Part shown: piece by piece, positions 7,531 through 17,160 of the stretch
How positions within the stretch are numbered: the stretch's first letter is position 1
How the letters are laid out: every line of letters starts with the position of its first letter
Source of the DNA: Bacteroidia bacterium
GTDB lineage: Bacteria > Bacteroidota > Bacteroidia > Bacteroidales > VadinHA17
Assembly (NCBI GenBank): GCA_026391215.1
Contig: JAPLDX010000121.1
Span: 1-50,759 of the forward strand
DNA: 50,759 nt
Reading direction: 5' to 3'
Made by a program: the position numbers and the translations under genes
The notes under the pieces: generated by a model
Database searches by the model: none
What the model was told of the DNA's origin: nothing
What the model saw: only the letters and a program-made list of their open reading frames with translations

Positions 7531-10077
7531 ATGAAACGAATATTTACATTTATGTTTCTTTTGATCGGGTTAATGCTCTGTATATCAGATGCATTACAAG
7601 CCCAGAACTCACCCAGGTCGCGTGAATCCTTTAATGACGGCTGGAAATTTTCCAGGTATTTCAATGCCTGGAATGAATCTGTAGCCACCGATAAAGAACC
7701 GGAGAACATACAGTTACCTTCATTTAATGACAAAGACTGGCGTACGCTTGATCTGCCACACGACTGGGCAATTGAGGGACCATTCAGTGATACTCTCGAA
7801 AACGATACCGGTCTGCTTCCCTGGAAAGGCATAGGCTGGTACAGAAAACATTTTAAAGTTGATGAATCAGACAAAGACAAACGGATATATATTGACATAG
7901 ACGGAGCCATGGCTTATGCAAAGGTCTGGCTTAACGGAAAATTTGTCGGGGAATGGCCTTATGGTTATACTTCTTTCCGCCTTGATCTTACTCCTTATGT
8001 TTCATTCGGAAAAGAGAATGTCATTGCTATCCGGCTCGACACAAAAAGCTGGGATTCAAGATGGTATCCCGGTGCCGGACTTTACAGGAACGTATGGCTT
8101 GTTAAAACATCGCAGATGCATGTCGCTTACAACGGACTTTTCATCACCACACCTGAAATTAAAAAAGAGAGCGCTGTAGTGAGCGTAAAAGCAGAGGTGG
8201 AAAATCATCTTATTGAGCCATCTGCAATGTCAGTTAAAGCTTCAGTATATAAGCTTAATGAGAATATGAAGCCGGCTGACGAACCTGTCGCAGAATCGGT
8301 TGTTGCAACTGCTACTGTAATGGGAATGAATGATCACACCTTCAGGCTGGACATGACTGTTAAAAATCCTGCCCTCTGGGATATAACTGATCCTGAGCTC
8401 TATATGGTTGCATTCACAGTGATGAACGGAGATATGGTTGCCGACCGGATTGAAAGCAATTTCGGTTTCAGGACTGTCGAGTTCACACCCCGCAATGGTT
8501 TTCTCCTTAACGGGAAAAGAGTTGAGGTATATGGCGTATGTAACCATCATGATCTTGGAGCGCTTGGCTCGGCATTCAATATCCGGGCAGCAGAGCGTCA
8601 GCTTGAATTACTTAAGGAGATAGGATGCAATGCAATCAGGACAAGCCATAATCCCCCGGCACCGGAACTGCTCGACCTTTGTGATAAGATGGGTTTCCTT
8701 GTTGAGGATGAAGCATTTGATGCATGGAAAACTCCAAAGAAACCAAAAGATTATAATAAGTTATTCTATGCCTGGCACGAAGAGGATCTGAAAGCTCTTA
8801 TCCGCCGCGACCGTAATCATCCTTCAGTATTCATCTGGAGCATCGGTAATGAGGTGAATGATCAGAATAATCCGGCATTGGCTTTAAGCCTGAAAACAAT
8901 TGTTAAATCGCAGGATGATACCCGTCCGGTTACATCCGGATGCAACTGGGATTATTCTGGTACAAATGGTTTCCAGAAAACTCTCGATGTATTTGGCATC
9001 AATTACCGACTCTACAGGTATGACGCTTTCTTCGCATTGAAAGATAATGATAACCTGCCATTCCATTCGAGCGAATCAGCTTCAACTGTCAGCTCCAGGG
9101 GAGAATATTTCTTCCCTGTCGTACAGGGTGATCTGGATAAAAATCTTCCGGGAAAAGGCATCTTTCAGATATCCTCTTATGATCTGGCTTATCCCGGATG
9201 GGCGACAACCGCCGACCAGCAATGGGAAATGATCGATAAGTACCCGGGAACATTCGGGGAGTTCGTCTGGACTGGCTTCGATTACATTGGAGAACCGACA
9301 CCATATTATGGCGACCTGACCGGTGTAAAACCCGGCTCACCAATGTATGGCCGGATCAAAAAATCTCTTGATGAACAAGGTGTTAAAGAAGTGCCATCCA
9401 GAAGCAGCTACTTTGGTATTTTTGATATTGCCGGTTTTAAGAAAGACAGATTCTGGCTGTATCAGTCCAGATGGAAACCTGACCTGCCGATGGCTCATAT
9501 CCTTCCCCACTGGAACTGGCCGGAAAGAAAAGGACTGGTTACTCCGGTACATGTTTATACCTCAGGTGATGAAGCTGAGCTGTTCCTTAACGGGAAATCG
9601 CTGGGCAAGAAAAAGAAGGGTCAATATGAATACAGGTTAAAGTGGGATGATGTTGTCTATCAGCCGGGAGAACTTAAAGTCGTGGCTTACAAGAACGGTG
9701 TGAAATGGGCCGAGGATGTCATGAAGACAACAGGAAAAACATATCAGCTTTCGATGTCAGCTGACCGTCCTGCTGTTACTGCCGACGGAAAGGACCTTAT
9801 CTTTATTACTGTAAGGATTGAAGATAAGGAGAAGCTTCTTGTGCCGCGAAGCAATAACCAGCTTAATTTCAGCATTGAAGGACCCGGGAGAATTGTCGCA
9901 ACAGATAACGGCGATGCAGCCAGTCATGAATCTTTCCAGGCTAAATCCAAAAAAGCATATAATGGGATGTGCCTTGTTATTGTCGCTGCAGAAAAAGGCG
10001 CATCCGGAACTATTATCGTTAAAGGAGAATCAAAAGGATTAAAAAGCAGCAGCGTCAAAATAACTATTGATAAATAA
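7531..10077 (+). CDS. Glycoside hydrolase family 2 (beta-galactosidase, GalB-like)
   Basis: Signal peptide; LPHDW, GWYRKHF, RWYPGAGLYR, NAIRTSHNP, RDRNHPSVFIWSIGNE (acid/base Glu), WTGFDYIGEP; C-terminal Ig-like domains. Confidence 0.95.
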   Translation: MKRIFTFMFLLIGLMLCISDALQAQNSPRSRESFNDGWKFSRYFNAWNESVATDKEPENIQLPSFNDKDWRTLDLPHDWAIEGPFSDTLENDTGLLPWKGIGWYRKHFKVDESDKDKRIYIDIDGAMAYAKVWLNGKFVGEWPYGYTSFRLDLTPYVSFGKENVIAIRLDTKSWDSRWYPGAGLYRNVWLVKTSQMHVAYNGLFITTPEIKKESAVVSVKAEVENHLIEPSAMSVKASVYKLNENMKPADEPVAESVVATATVMGMNDHTFRLDMTVKNPALWDITDPELYMVAFTVMNGDMVADRIESNFGFRTVEFTPRNGFLLNGKRVEVYGVCNHHDLGALGSAFNIRAAERQLELLKEIGCNAIRTSHNPPAPELLDLCDKMGFLVEDEAFDAWKTPKKPKDYNKLFYAWHEEDLKALIRRDRNHPSVFIWSIGNEVNDQNNPALALSLKTIVKSQDDTRPVTSGCNWDYSGTNGFQKTLDVFGINYRLYRYDAFFALKDNDNLPFHSSESASTVSSRGEYFFPVVQGDLDKNLPGKGIFQISSYDLAYPGWATTADQQWEMIDKYPGTFGEFVWTGFDYIGEPTPYYGDLTGVKPGSPMYGRIKKSLDEQGVKEVPSRSSYFGIFDIAGFKKDRFWLYQSRWKPDLPMAHILPHWNWPERKGLVTPVHVYTSGDEAELFLNGKSLGKKKKGQYEYRLKWDDVVYQPGELKVVAYKNGVKWAEDVMKTTGKTYQLSMSADRPAVTADGKDLIFITVRIEDKEKLLVPRSNNQLNFSIEGPGRIVATDNGDAASHESFQAKSKKAYNGMCLVIVAAEKGASGTIIVKGESKGLKSSSVKITIDK

Positions 10078-10084
10078 GGATATT

Positions 10085-10170
10085 TAACCACAGAGTTTCA
10101 CGGCGTTTGGCGGAGTTACACTGTTAAAAGCCGTGTAACTCAGTTTTTATTCAGTGTTACGCCGTGGTTA
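10085..10170. repeat. Inverted-repeat element built from ~10-bp CACRGMG subunits; may also act as a terminator
   Basis: TAACCACAGAG…GAGTTACAC versus GTGTAACTC…CGCCGTGGTTA form an imperfect long hairpin just after the GH2 stop. Confidence 0.7.
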
Positions 10171-10175
10171 TCTTT

Positions 10176-10183
10176 TATCTTTG
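10176..10183 (+). promoter_or_regulatory. Bacteroidota -7 promoter motif
   Basis: TATCTTTG matches the TAnnTTTG consensus upstream of the adaptor gene. Confidence 0.45.
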
Positions 10184-10260
10184 CCGGCATGTTAATTTTC
10201 GTTAAAAATTGATAATGAGGTAGTTTTAAAAGGTATTTTTCCATACTTTCGCAGCCGGAA

Positions 10261-11580
10261 ATGAAGAAGACAATTATTATAACCGGCATTGTAGTTGCAG
10301 CTGCTATCCTTGCACTATTTATCTTCAATAAGATCACGGCAAAAAAAGATACAGCCAGTCTCTTTGCTGAAGTATCAGAAGGCAGGTTCGAAATTGCGAT
10401 TACATCAACCGGTGAACTGGTTGCTGAAAGATCCGTTGATATCAGTGCACCTGCATTGACAATGCAGAGAGATATCAGGTCAATGAATGTCAAGATTCAG
10501 GATCTTATAGCGGAAGGAACTGAAGTTAAAGAGGGAGACTGGGTGGCAACACTTGACAGGACAGAATTCGCCAATACTTTGAAGGATGAGCAGGAAAGGG
10601 TGGCTACACTTTATACTGATCTGGAAATGGCTCTGCTGGATACTGCTTTGACACTCAGTAATTTAAGGGATCAGATTGAGAATCAGATCCATACTGTGGA
10701 AGAGGCCAGGATAACCCTCAGAAACTCAAAATATGAACCTCCGACAACGATCCGGCAGGCAGAAATAAATTACGATAAGGCTCAAAGGGTGCTCGAACAG
10801 ATGAGAAGAAGCTATACCCTTGGTATTGCTCAGTCTAAAATTAAGGTCCAGAATATCAATACCAGGATCAACAGGTTTGGAAGGAGAGTCAGGGATTATG
10901 AAGAGGTACTGGCAGGCTTTGTAATTAAGGCACCATCATCAGGAATGATCATTTACAAAAAGGACCGGATGGGAAGCAAAAGAAAAGCCGGTGGATCAGT
11001 AAATCCCATGGATCGTGTTGTAGCCACATTGCCAGATCTTTCATCTATGCTCTCAAAAGTATATGTAAGCGAGATAGAGATAAATAAGGTAAAAACAGGG
11101 CTTCCTGTCAGCATCACTGTTGATGCTTTCCCTGATAAATCATATACAGGCTCGGTAATGACCATTGCCAATATCGGTGAAAAGCTGCCAAACAGCGATT
11201 CTAAAGTCTTTGAAGTAATGATAAAAATTGATGGCTCGGATTATTCACTCAGACCGTCAATGACCACAAATAATAAAATCACTGTTAAGACTCTTGATAA
11301 TGTCACATATATCCCGAATGAATGTGTTCGTACAGGAATTGACAGTATCCCTGTTGTCTATACCAGAAATCGTTTAAAGCAGGTAGTAATTCCGGGTGAA
11401 TCGAATGATAAGGAAACTGTGATTGAAAAAGGGCTAAAGGCAGGGACGGTTCTATATCTTGAGATACCTGAAGATGCCGGTAAGTTCAGGCTTGCGGGAG
11501 AAGAGCTGATCCAGGTTATCAGGAACCGTGAAAGTACAATGAATGAAATAATCAAGATGGAAATAAAGGGTTTGAATTAA
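10261..11580 (+). CDS. Efflux RND/ABC transporter periplasmic adaptor subunit (HlyD/MacA-like)
   Basis: N-terminal TM anchor; lipoyl halves (EGTEVKEGD, IKAPSSG); coiled-coil hairpin; VSEIEINKVK, DAFPD, LRPSMT. Confidence 0.9.
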   Translation: MKKTIIITGIVVAAAILALFIFNKITAKKDTASLFAEVSEGRFEIAITSTGELVAERSVDISAPALTMQRDIRSMNVKIQDLIAEGTEVKEGDWVATLDRTEFANTLKDEQERVATLYTDLEMALLDTALTLSNLRDQIENQIHTVEEARITLRNSKYEPPTTIRQAEINYDKAQRVLEQMRRSYTLGIAQSKIKVQNINTRINRFGRRVRDYEEVLAGFVIKAPSSGMIIYKKDRMGSKRKAGGSVNPMDRVVATLPDLSSMLSKVYVSEIEINKVKTGLPVSITVDAFPDKSYTGSVMTIANIGEKLPNSDSKVFEVMIKIDGSDYSLRPSMTTNNKITVKTLDNVTYIPNECVRTGIDSIPVVYTRNRLKQVVIPGESNDKETVIEKGLKAGTVLYLEIPEDAGKFRLAGEELIQVIRNRESTMNEIIKMEIKGLN

Positions 11581-11612
11581 CAAGGATTTCATTAGTAAAA
11601 AAGGGTTAGAAT

Positions 11613-11649
11613 AAAAAAGAAGGGTTCACACTGAATCCTTCTTTTTTTT
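11613..11649. terminator. Bidirectional rho-independent terminator
   Basis: AAAAAAGAAGGGTTCA-CAC-TGAATCCTTCTTTTTTTT between convergent genes. Confidence 0.8.
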
Positions 11650-11667
11650 CTCATGAAAAATCAGTTG

Positions 11668-12234
11668 TCACTTTTTATCATAAACCCTTGTGGATGTTCT
11701 GTCACCCTCAGGAGTACTCATTATAGTTTTTATTGTAAGTATCTTTGCATCTGTAAGGGTCCATTCTTCGGTGGAAGCCATGGTTCTTGTCTCGCCACCC
11801 ATATCGAAAGTGCGTGAGGTTGCGATCTTAAGGGTTTTGCCATCATCTGTCCACGTTGCAAATGATTTGCTTTCACCTCTGCCTGTGGTATTAACGCTTT
11901 CCTTGCCATCGAGAGTGTATTTTGAGGTAGTGGTCACTGACTCACCACTTTGATTTGTTCTGGTTCGGGTTACTGAAAGAAGGTTTGCATCTTGAGTGGC
12001 TGTGAAATCACCTCCACCAAATCCACCCATTCTTTGACCTTGTCCCTGAGGGGGCTGTCCCTGTGGTGGGCCGCCCGGACCTCCTCCCATATCACTCTTG
12101 TCAGCATTTAATGTCCACGTGCCTGCAAAATTTGCTTTTCCTCCCTGGCCATTAAGTGTAAGAGGCATCATAAGAAAAGCAAGAATTACCATCGCAGATA
12201 ATGCGATCTGAAGATTCTTTACATTTTTTTCCAT
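11668..12234 (-). CDS. Hypothetical secreted protein with a lipocalin-like beta-rich fold and a Gly/Pro/Gln-rich insert
   Basis: Signal peptide; NFAGTWTLN (GxW motif); GGGPGGPPQGQPPQGQGQ low-complexity loop; YTLDGKES. Confidence 0.75.
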   Translation of the reverse strand: MEKNVKNLQIALSAMVILAFLMMPLTLNGQGGKANFAGTWTLNADKSDMGGGPGGPPQGQPPQGQGQRMGGFGGGDFTATQDANLLSVTRTRTNQSGESVTTTSKYTLDGKESVNTTGRGESKSFATWTDDGKTLKIATSRTFDMGGETRTMASTEEWTLTDAKILTIKTIMSTPEGDRTSTRVYDKK

Positions 12235-12347
12235 ATTTTAATAATTTGTTGGTTGATTATCTATTAGACAATATATCAAAGTTAGATATTCCATGAAATA
12301 TGAAATAAAATTAAATGAGGATTAGTCATAATTATGAATGAAAGCAA

Positions 12348-12414
12348 GAGATTCCTCGCTAACGCTCGGAATTGCGAATGGAGTCCCGATTTATATGGAC
12401 GTAATGAGGAATCT
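12348..12414. repeat. REP-like element of the same family as 132-210
   Basis: GAGATTCCTCGCTAACGCTCGGAATT followed by an opposed, degenerate …GAGGAATCT. Confidence 0.75.
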
Positions 12415-12537
12415 TTAAGTTAAGAAGACAGAAGTTCTTATATATTTCATTATCGGTAACCTCATTTTTTTAAAAGAAAATCAGTATTATTGCAATCTCA
12501 ATTTAAAACATATTTATTAATTATACATCTAATTATT

Positions 12538-13035
12538 ATGATCAGAAAAACAATTTCTTTCATTGCTATTGCTGTTATTCTTTTTTCATGCGGCAATACG
12601 ACCAAAAAAGAAGCTGCTGTTAAAGATGAAGCTCCTCAGGAAGCAGTAAAAGTTGAATTTGCATCTCTTATCGAAAATCCTGAAAATTATATCGGGAAAA
12701 AGATCAGCGTTCAGGGCAAGGTGGTTCATGTATGCACATACAGCGGCAAAAAGATGTTTATTACCGGTGAGAACCCGGATGTCAGGCTGTTTGTCTCTGC
12801 CGGTGAGGAAATGCCAAAATTCCCCATGGAATTGCTTGGCAGTGAAATAGTCGTTGAAGGAACTCTTACCAGGCCTGAAGCTACAGCCATGGCTGAAGAA
12901 GAGGGTATGAAAGCTGCTGCAGAATCCGTGGATATCACCAAAGGAGATACCTGCGAAACTGAAAAAGCTCTTGCAGCCCAGCCTGTTCTTTCTGAACTGA
13001 TGATGGTCTATAACAAGCATACAGTTGTAAAATAA
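12538..13035 (+). CDS. Hypothetical lipoprotein, OB-fold-like
   Basis: Lipobox ILFSC; YIGKKISVQGKVVHVC and EIVVEGTL beta-strand pattern; CETEK motif. Confidence 0.75.
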   Translation: MIRKTISFIAIAVILFSCGNTTKKEAAVKDEAPQEAVKVEFASLIENPENYIGKKISVQGKVVHVCTYSGKKMFITGENPDVRLFVSAGEEMPKFPMELLGSEIVVEGTLTRPEATAMAEEEGMKAAAESVDITKGDTCETEKALAAQPVLSELMMVYNKHTVVK

Positions 13036-13054
13036 ACTATTTTATAAATCAAAT

Positions 13055-13158
13055 TTAACCGCAAAGAACGCAGAGCAATAGCAAAGGACGCAAAGTCATT
13101 AACATAAAAATAATCCTTTGTGACCTTTGCGATAAAACTTTGCGCCCTTAGCGGTTAA
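13055..13158. repeat. Inverted-repeat element built from CGCAAAG subunits
   Basis: TTAACCGCAAAGAACGCAGAG…GCAAAGGACGCAAAG opposed to CTTTGTGACCTTTGCG…CTTTGCGCCCTTAGCGGTTAA. Confidence 0.85.
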
Positions 13159-13169
13159 TTTATTTTTAT

Positions 13170-13718
13170 ATGAACTTTTCAAAAATTAACAGGATCACAC
13201 ACCGTGATATCGGCTATCTGATTGCCGGCATGACGATTATTTATGCCATATCGGGTATAGCGCTCAATCACAAGAACGACTGGAATCCGAATTATATCAT
13301 TGACAACAGGACCTTCAGCACAGAGATAAATATCACCCGTGAGACTCTGAACGAAAAGACTGCCCGGGAGATACTAACAAGCGTTCCCGGAGATCTCAAA
13401 TACAAGACATTTTATTTTCCTTCAGGAAATTTCCTTACAATATTCATTGAAGGAGGCTCTGTCAGGATAAACACGCTTACCGGCCAGGGAACAGTTGAAA
13501 GGATCAGCAAGAGGCCACTCTTTTACCAGGTGAATTTCCTCCATTATAATCCCGGTGTGTGGTGGAAATACTTCAGCGATATCTTCTGCGTATCGCTTAT
13601 ACTGGTGACTGTCACCGGACTATTCATTGTCAAGGGAAAGAATGGTATTACTAGCCGAGGGGCGATCCTGACGGCAATAGGGATAATACTTCCTTTATTA
13701 TTTTTGTTTATTTATTAG
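13170..13718 (+). CDS. PepSY-associated TM helix domain protein
   Basis: HRDIGY, YAISGIALNH and NFLHYNP motifs, with three hydrophobic segments. Confidence 0.85.
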   Translation: MNFSKINRITHRDIGYLIAGMTIIYAISGIALNHKNDWNPNYIIDNRTFSTEINITRETLNEKTAREILTSVPGDLKYKTFYFPSGNFLTIFIEGGSVRINTLTGQGTVERISKRPLFYQVNFLHYNPGVWWKYFSDIFCVSLILVTVTGLFIVKGKNGITSRGAILTAIGIILPLLFLFIY

Positions 13719-13739
13719 ATCTCTTTCTCCTTTTAATCA

Positions 13740-13954
13740 CATGTACCCATCCCCCAATCCCCTTCCCTGCAAACCGGCTCTTCACTAAAATAGCCCACCG
13801 GGCTATTTCTTTACGCTCAGCACTCCGCTTGGCAAGGAAGGAGGCTTATGTTATTGTATACCAATGTAATATCCCCCTCCTTACAAAGTAGGGAGGGGGA
13901 TTAAGGGGGTGGGTACATGTCGTTCCTGAGGGGAACAAAGGGGATGGGTACGTG
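13740..13954. mobile_element. MITE/REP-like element with CATGTACCC…GGGTACATG ends, a nested hairpin insertion and an extra right half
   Basis: Terminal inverted repeat at 13740-13919; nested AAATAGCCC-ACC-GGGCTATTT hairpin; second right end AAAGGGGATGGGTACGTG to 13954. Confidence 0.8.
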
Positions 13955-13961
13955 TGACTAA

Positions 13962-16085
13962 CTATATTTTCTTCAGTGCTTCCAGTACTCTTTCCCTGGT
14001 AAATGGCATCCTGAACAATCTCGCGCCGGTTGCATCGAATATAGCATTGCCGACAGCCGCCCCGACGGTAATAATAGCAGGTTCGCCCCCGCCCTGGGGA
14101 GCCTGATCCATCCTGTCAAGTATCACGCAATCGGTTTTGGGTATCCAGGAAAACCTCGGAATCTGGTATGTATCGTAATTGCGGTCAAGGATATTACCTC
14201 CCTCAAACCTGACCTCTTCAGTGAAAGTATACCCGAGCCCCATTGCTATGCAGCCTTCCATTTGTATCAGCGCACCCTGGGGATTGACACATAATCCCAT
14301 ATCCTGTGTACATGCGACACGCAACACTGTGACCTTTCCATTACTTGTATCTACTTTCACTTCAACCATCATTGCCAGCCAGGTCCCTGCATCTGTCCCG
14401 CATGCTATGCCTATTCCTCTGCCGCTGGGCGCTTTGGCAGAACTGTATCCGAACTTCTCAGCAACTGATTTCCAGCATGCTATCATCTTTTCGTCCTTCA
14501 GGTTCTTCAGACGGAACTCCAGCGGATCAATTCCGGCAGCAGATGCCATAATGTCTATCTGCGACTCCCTGGCAAATGTGTTCATATTGTTGTTGGGAGC
14601 ACGCCATGGTCCTGTGCCGAAAGGATGTACACGGGACACCTTGGTATTTTCGCTGTAGCTTGTTGTGGTGGCATTCGGAACGTCATACGTGGTTTCAGCG
14701 CCCCTGGTACCTGAGAAATAAACATGATAATCCCACATTGTTATCCTGCCCGATTTATCCATACCCGAGGCTATTCTGACAACACCGGCCGGATGAAATG
14801 TATCATAGAAAAATACTTCATCGCGCGTCCATACTACCATCACCGGCTTACCTGTCAGCTTAGCCAGGCGGGCTGCTTCAACCCCCTGCTGATATGCAGC
14901 CTTGCCTCCAAAACCTCCTCCGACAAACGGGGTTATCACCCTTACTTTTTCGCGTGGAAGGCCAAGTTCACGGACAATTCCGTCCTGAAGTCCGAAGGGC
15001 GACTGTGTTGAAGCCCATACTGTCACCTTATCTCCTTCAAATGCAGCCAGGGCAGTATGTGTTTCTATTGCTGCATGGGCCAGGTATGGATCATTATAGG
15101 TATGTTCAAACACTTTATCTGATTGCTGGCGGCCGACAGCAATATCGCCCTCAGTTTTTGCAATGCTCACGCGTGAATCAGCTTTCAGCATCCAATCCTT
15201 GAGGGTTCTGTCATTCACCTTCAGCTCATCAAATGTATAATCTGCTTTTATTTTCAGGATGGCCTCATCAACCTTGTTGCGGTTTTCACTTACCACTGCG
15301 ATGAAGTCCCCGTCACGTACAACTTGTACTCCCTCTATCTTTTCTGCTCCGGATACATCAGCTGAAGACAGTTTTGCGCCGTGTGACGGCGGCCGTAATA
15401 TCCTTGCAAAGATCATTCCCGGAAGCTTCAGGTCACCAGCATATTTTGCCTCCCCGGTAACTTTCAGCTTTGCATCGCTGTGCTTATAGGGTTTCCCCAT
15501 ATATGTGAACTTTGTATGATCTTCAGGGGATGGTTTAACATCAAGGAACTTCTCAATCTTCTGGCCTTTAGCAAGCTGGCCATAAGCAATTGCATTCTGT
15601 GGATTCTTAGTATCAACAACGATCCCTTCCTTTACCTCAAGCTGTGAAGGAGGTACGCCAAGCTTTGATGATGCAAGCTCGAGCAGCACTGCTCTCGCTT
15701 CAGCAGCCGCAGCTCTCATATTCGGTCCAAAGCTCCTCGTTGTCAATGATCCCCAGGTGCCCTGATCGTAAGGACACAGGTCAGTATCACCCATTACCAT
15801 CTTCACCTTTTCAAGCAACACATTCAGCTCATCAGCCATCATCTGTGCAAGCGATGTTATTATTCCCTGACCCATTTCAATCTTGCCTGTGAAACAAGAA
15901 ACAGTTCCGTCCTCTGCAATCCTGATAAATGCATTATAGTCTTTTGACAGGCTTCTGGCCTGGTCTGCCGGCAATGCTGACAGATCGAGTATGCTCCATG
16001 GCTGGAAGAAAATAAAGATCCCTCCTCCCATCAGTTTTACAAAGCTTCTTCTTTTCATTCCCGGGTTGGATTCTGTCTTTTTCAT
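13962..16085 (-). CDS. iorB: Xanthine dehydrogenase family molybdopterin-binding subunit (isoquinoline 1-oxidoreductase beta-like) with a twin-arginine signal
   Basis: KRRSFVKL Tat motif; GKIEMGQGI, KVTGEAKYAGD, ASTQ, GGGFGGK, PWRAP, QMEG and GGGEPA (catalytic Glu). Confidence 0.9.
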   Translation of the reverse strand: MKKTESNPGMKRRSFVKLMGGGIFIFFQPWSILDLSALPADQARSLSKDYNAFIRIAEDGTVSCFTGKIEMGQGIITSLAQMMADELNVLLEKVKMVMGDTDLCPYDQGTWGSLTTRSFGPNMRAAAAEARAVLLELASSKLGVPPSQLEVKEGIVVDTKNPQNAIAYGQLAKGQKIEKFLDVKPSPEDHTKFTYMGKPYKHSDAKLKVTGEAKYAGDLKLPGMIFARILRPPSHGAKLSSADVSGAEKIEGVQVVRDGDFIAVVSENRNKVDEAILKIKADYTFDELKVNDRTLKDWMLKADSRVSIAKTEGDIAVGRQQSDKVFEHTYNDPYLAHAAIETHTALAAFEGDKVTVWASTQSPFGLQDGIVRELGLPREKVRVITPFVGGGFGGKAAYQQGVEAARLAKLTGKPVMVVWTRDEVFFYDTFHPAGVVRIASGMDKSGRITMWDYHVYFSGTRGAETTYDVPNATTTSYSENTKVSRVHPFGTGPWRAPNNNMNTFARESQIDIMASAAGIDPLEFRLKNLKDEKMIACWKSVAEKFGYSSAKAPSGRGIGIACGTDAGTWLAMMVEVKVDTSNGKVTVLRVACTQDMGLCVNPQGALIQMEGCIAMGLGYTFTEEVRFEGGNILDRNYDTYQIPRFSWIPKTDCVILDRMDQAPQGGGEPAIITVGAAVGNAIFDATGARLFRMPFTRERVLEALKKI

Positions 16086-16087
16086 GG

Positions 16088-16564
16088 TTACTTCCCTCCT
16101 TTCATTTCTTTTGCTGCTGTCTGTATTGCCTCAATAATACGGTTATGTGCCCCGCATCGGCAAAGGTTATCCTCCATTCCATCAATTATTTGCTGGCGCG
16201 TAGGTGAAGGATTTTTCTTCAGAAGACCGGCAGCTGTTATGATCATTCCCGGTGTACAGTATCCGCACTGAAGAGCATCATGTTCAATAAATGCTTTCTG
16301 AAGCGGGTGGAGATTTCCGTTCTTTGCCAGTCCTTCGATAGTCACAATGCTCTTCCCGGCTGCCCCGCTAACCGGCATCATGCATGATCTGACCGGTTCA
16401 TTATTGATCAGAACGGTACATGCTCCGCAGAATCCGATTCCACAGCCGAATTTTGTCCCGGTAAATCCCAGCTGGTTCCGCAGAACCCAGAGCAGAGTCT
16501 GGTCCGGATCTGTGGTCAGCTCGGTTTTTTTACCGTTTAGTTTGAAACGAATAGTCTCTTCCAT
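16088..16564 (-). CDS. iorA: (2Fe-2S)-binding subunit of the xanthine dehydrogenase family
   Basis: GTKFGCGIGFCGAC, QCGYCTPG and NLCRCG. Confidence 0.93.
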   Translation of the reverse strand: MEETIRFKLNGKKTELTTDPDQTLLWVLRNQLGFTGTKFGCGIGFCGACTVLINNEPVRSCMMPVSGAAGKSIVTIEGLAKNGNLHPLQKAFIEHDALQCGYCTPGMIITAAGLLKKNPSPTRQQIIDGMEDNLCRCGAHNRIIEAIQTAAKEMKGGK

Positions 16565-16566
16565 AT

Positions 16567-17160
16567 TCAGTTGGTTTTATTTATTTCATTTATATAATCA
16601 TCTTTTGTATCAATATCTTTCAGAACTGACTCTGTTTTTACCTCAACTTCAAGCACATCATCCGCAAATTTTTGGACAAGGTCCCTGAGAGTTGCAGATG
16701 GATCAAGCCCCATAACTTCATCCCTGTATTTACTGTCAAAAAGCAGGGGATGCCCCCTCTCATTATTGAACACAGGCATTATGATCCCCTTTCCAGTTTT
16801 GCCGTAGGCATCTGTCAGGCTATTAATTACATCCGGACCGATTCCCGGCTGGTCACCAAGGAAAACAAGCACTGCCCTGCAGGTGTCATCCAGCTGTCTG
16901 AATCCGCTCTGAACAGATGAGAGCATACCCTGCCTGTAATTCTTGTTATAACAATTCATCACAGGCAATTTCTTTGTCAATATTAAAATATTATCCTTAT
17001 TGGATCCCAGGACTACTATCACTCTTTTTATACCTGAGGAAATAACATTTCCGATAACTTTTTCAATGATCGTTTTATCCCCGAACGGCAGAAGCATTTT
17101 GGGTTGATGCATACGTTTTGATTCACCCGCTGCAAGTATTATGGCCCAGATTTCAGACAT
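16567..17160 (-). CDS. mocA: Molybdenum cofactor cytidylyltransferase (NTP transferase)
   Basis: ILAAGESKRM, GMLSS, LGDQP, GHPLLF and DIDT, plus the operon context. Confidence 0.85.
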   Translation of the reverse strand: MSEIWAIILAAGESKRMHQPKMLLPFGDKTIIEKVIGNVISSGIKRVIVVLGSNKDNILILTKKLPVMNCYNKNYRQGMLSSVQSGFRQLDDTCRAVLVFLGDQPGIGPDVINSLTDAYGKTGKGIIMPVFNNERGHPLLFDSKYRDEVMGLDPSATLRDLVQKFADDVLEVEVKTESVLKDIDTKDDYINEINKTN

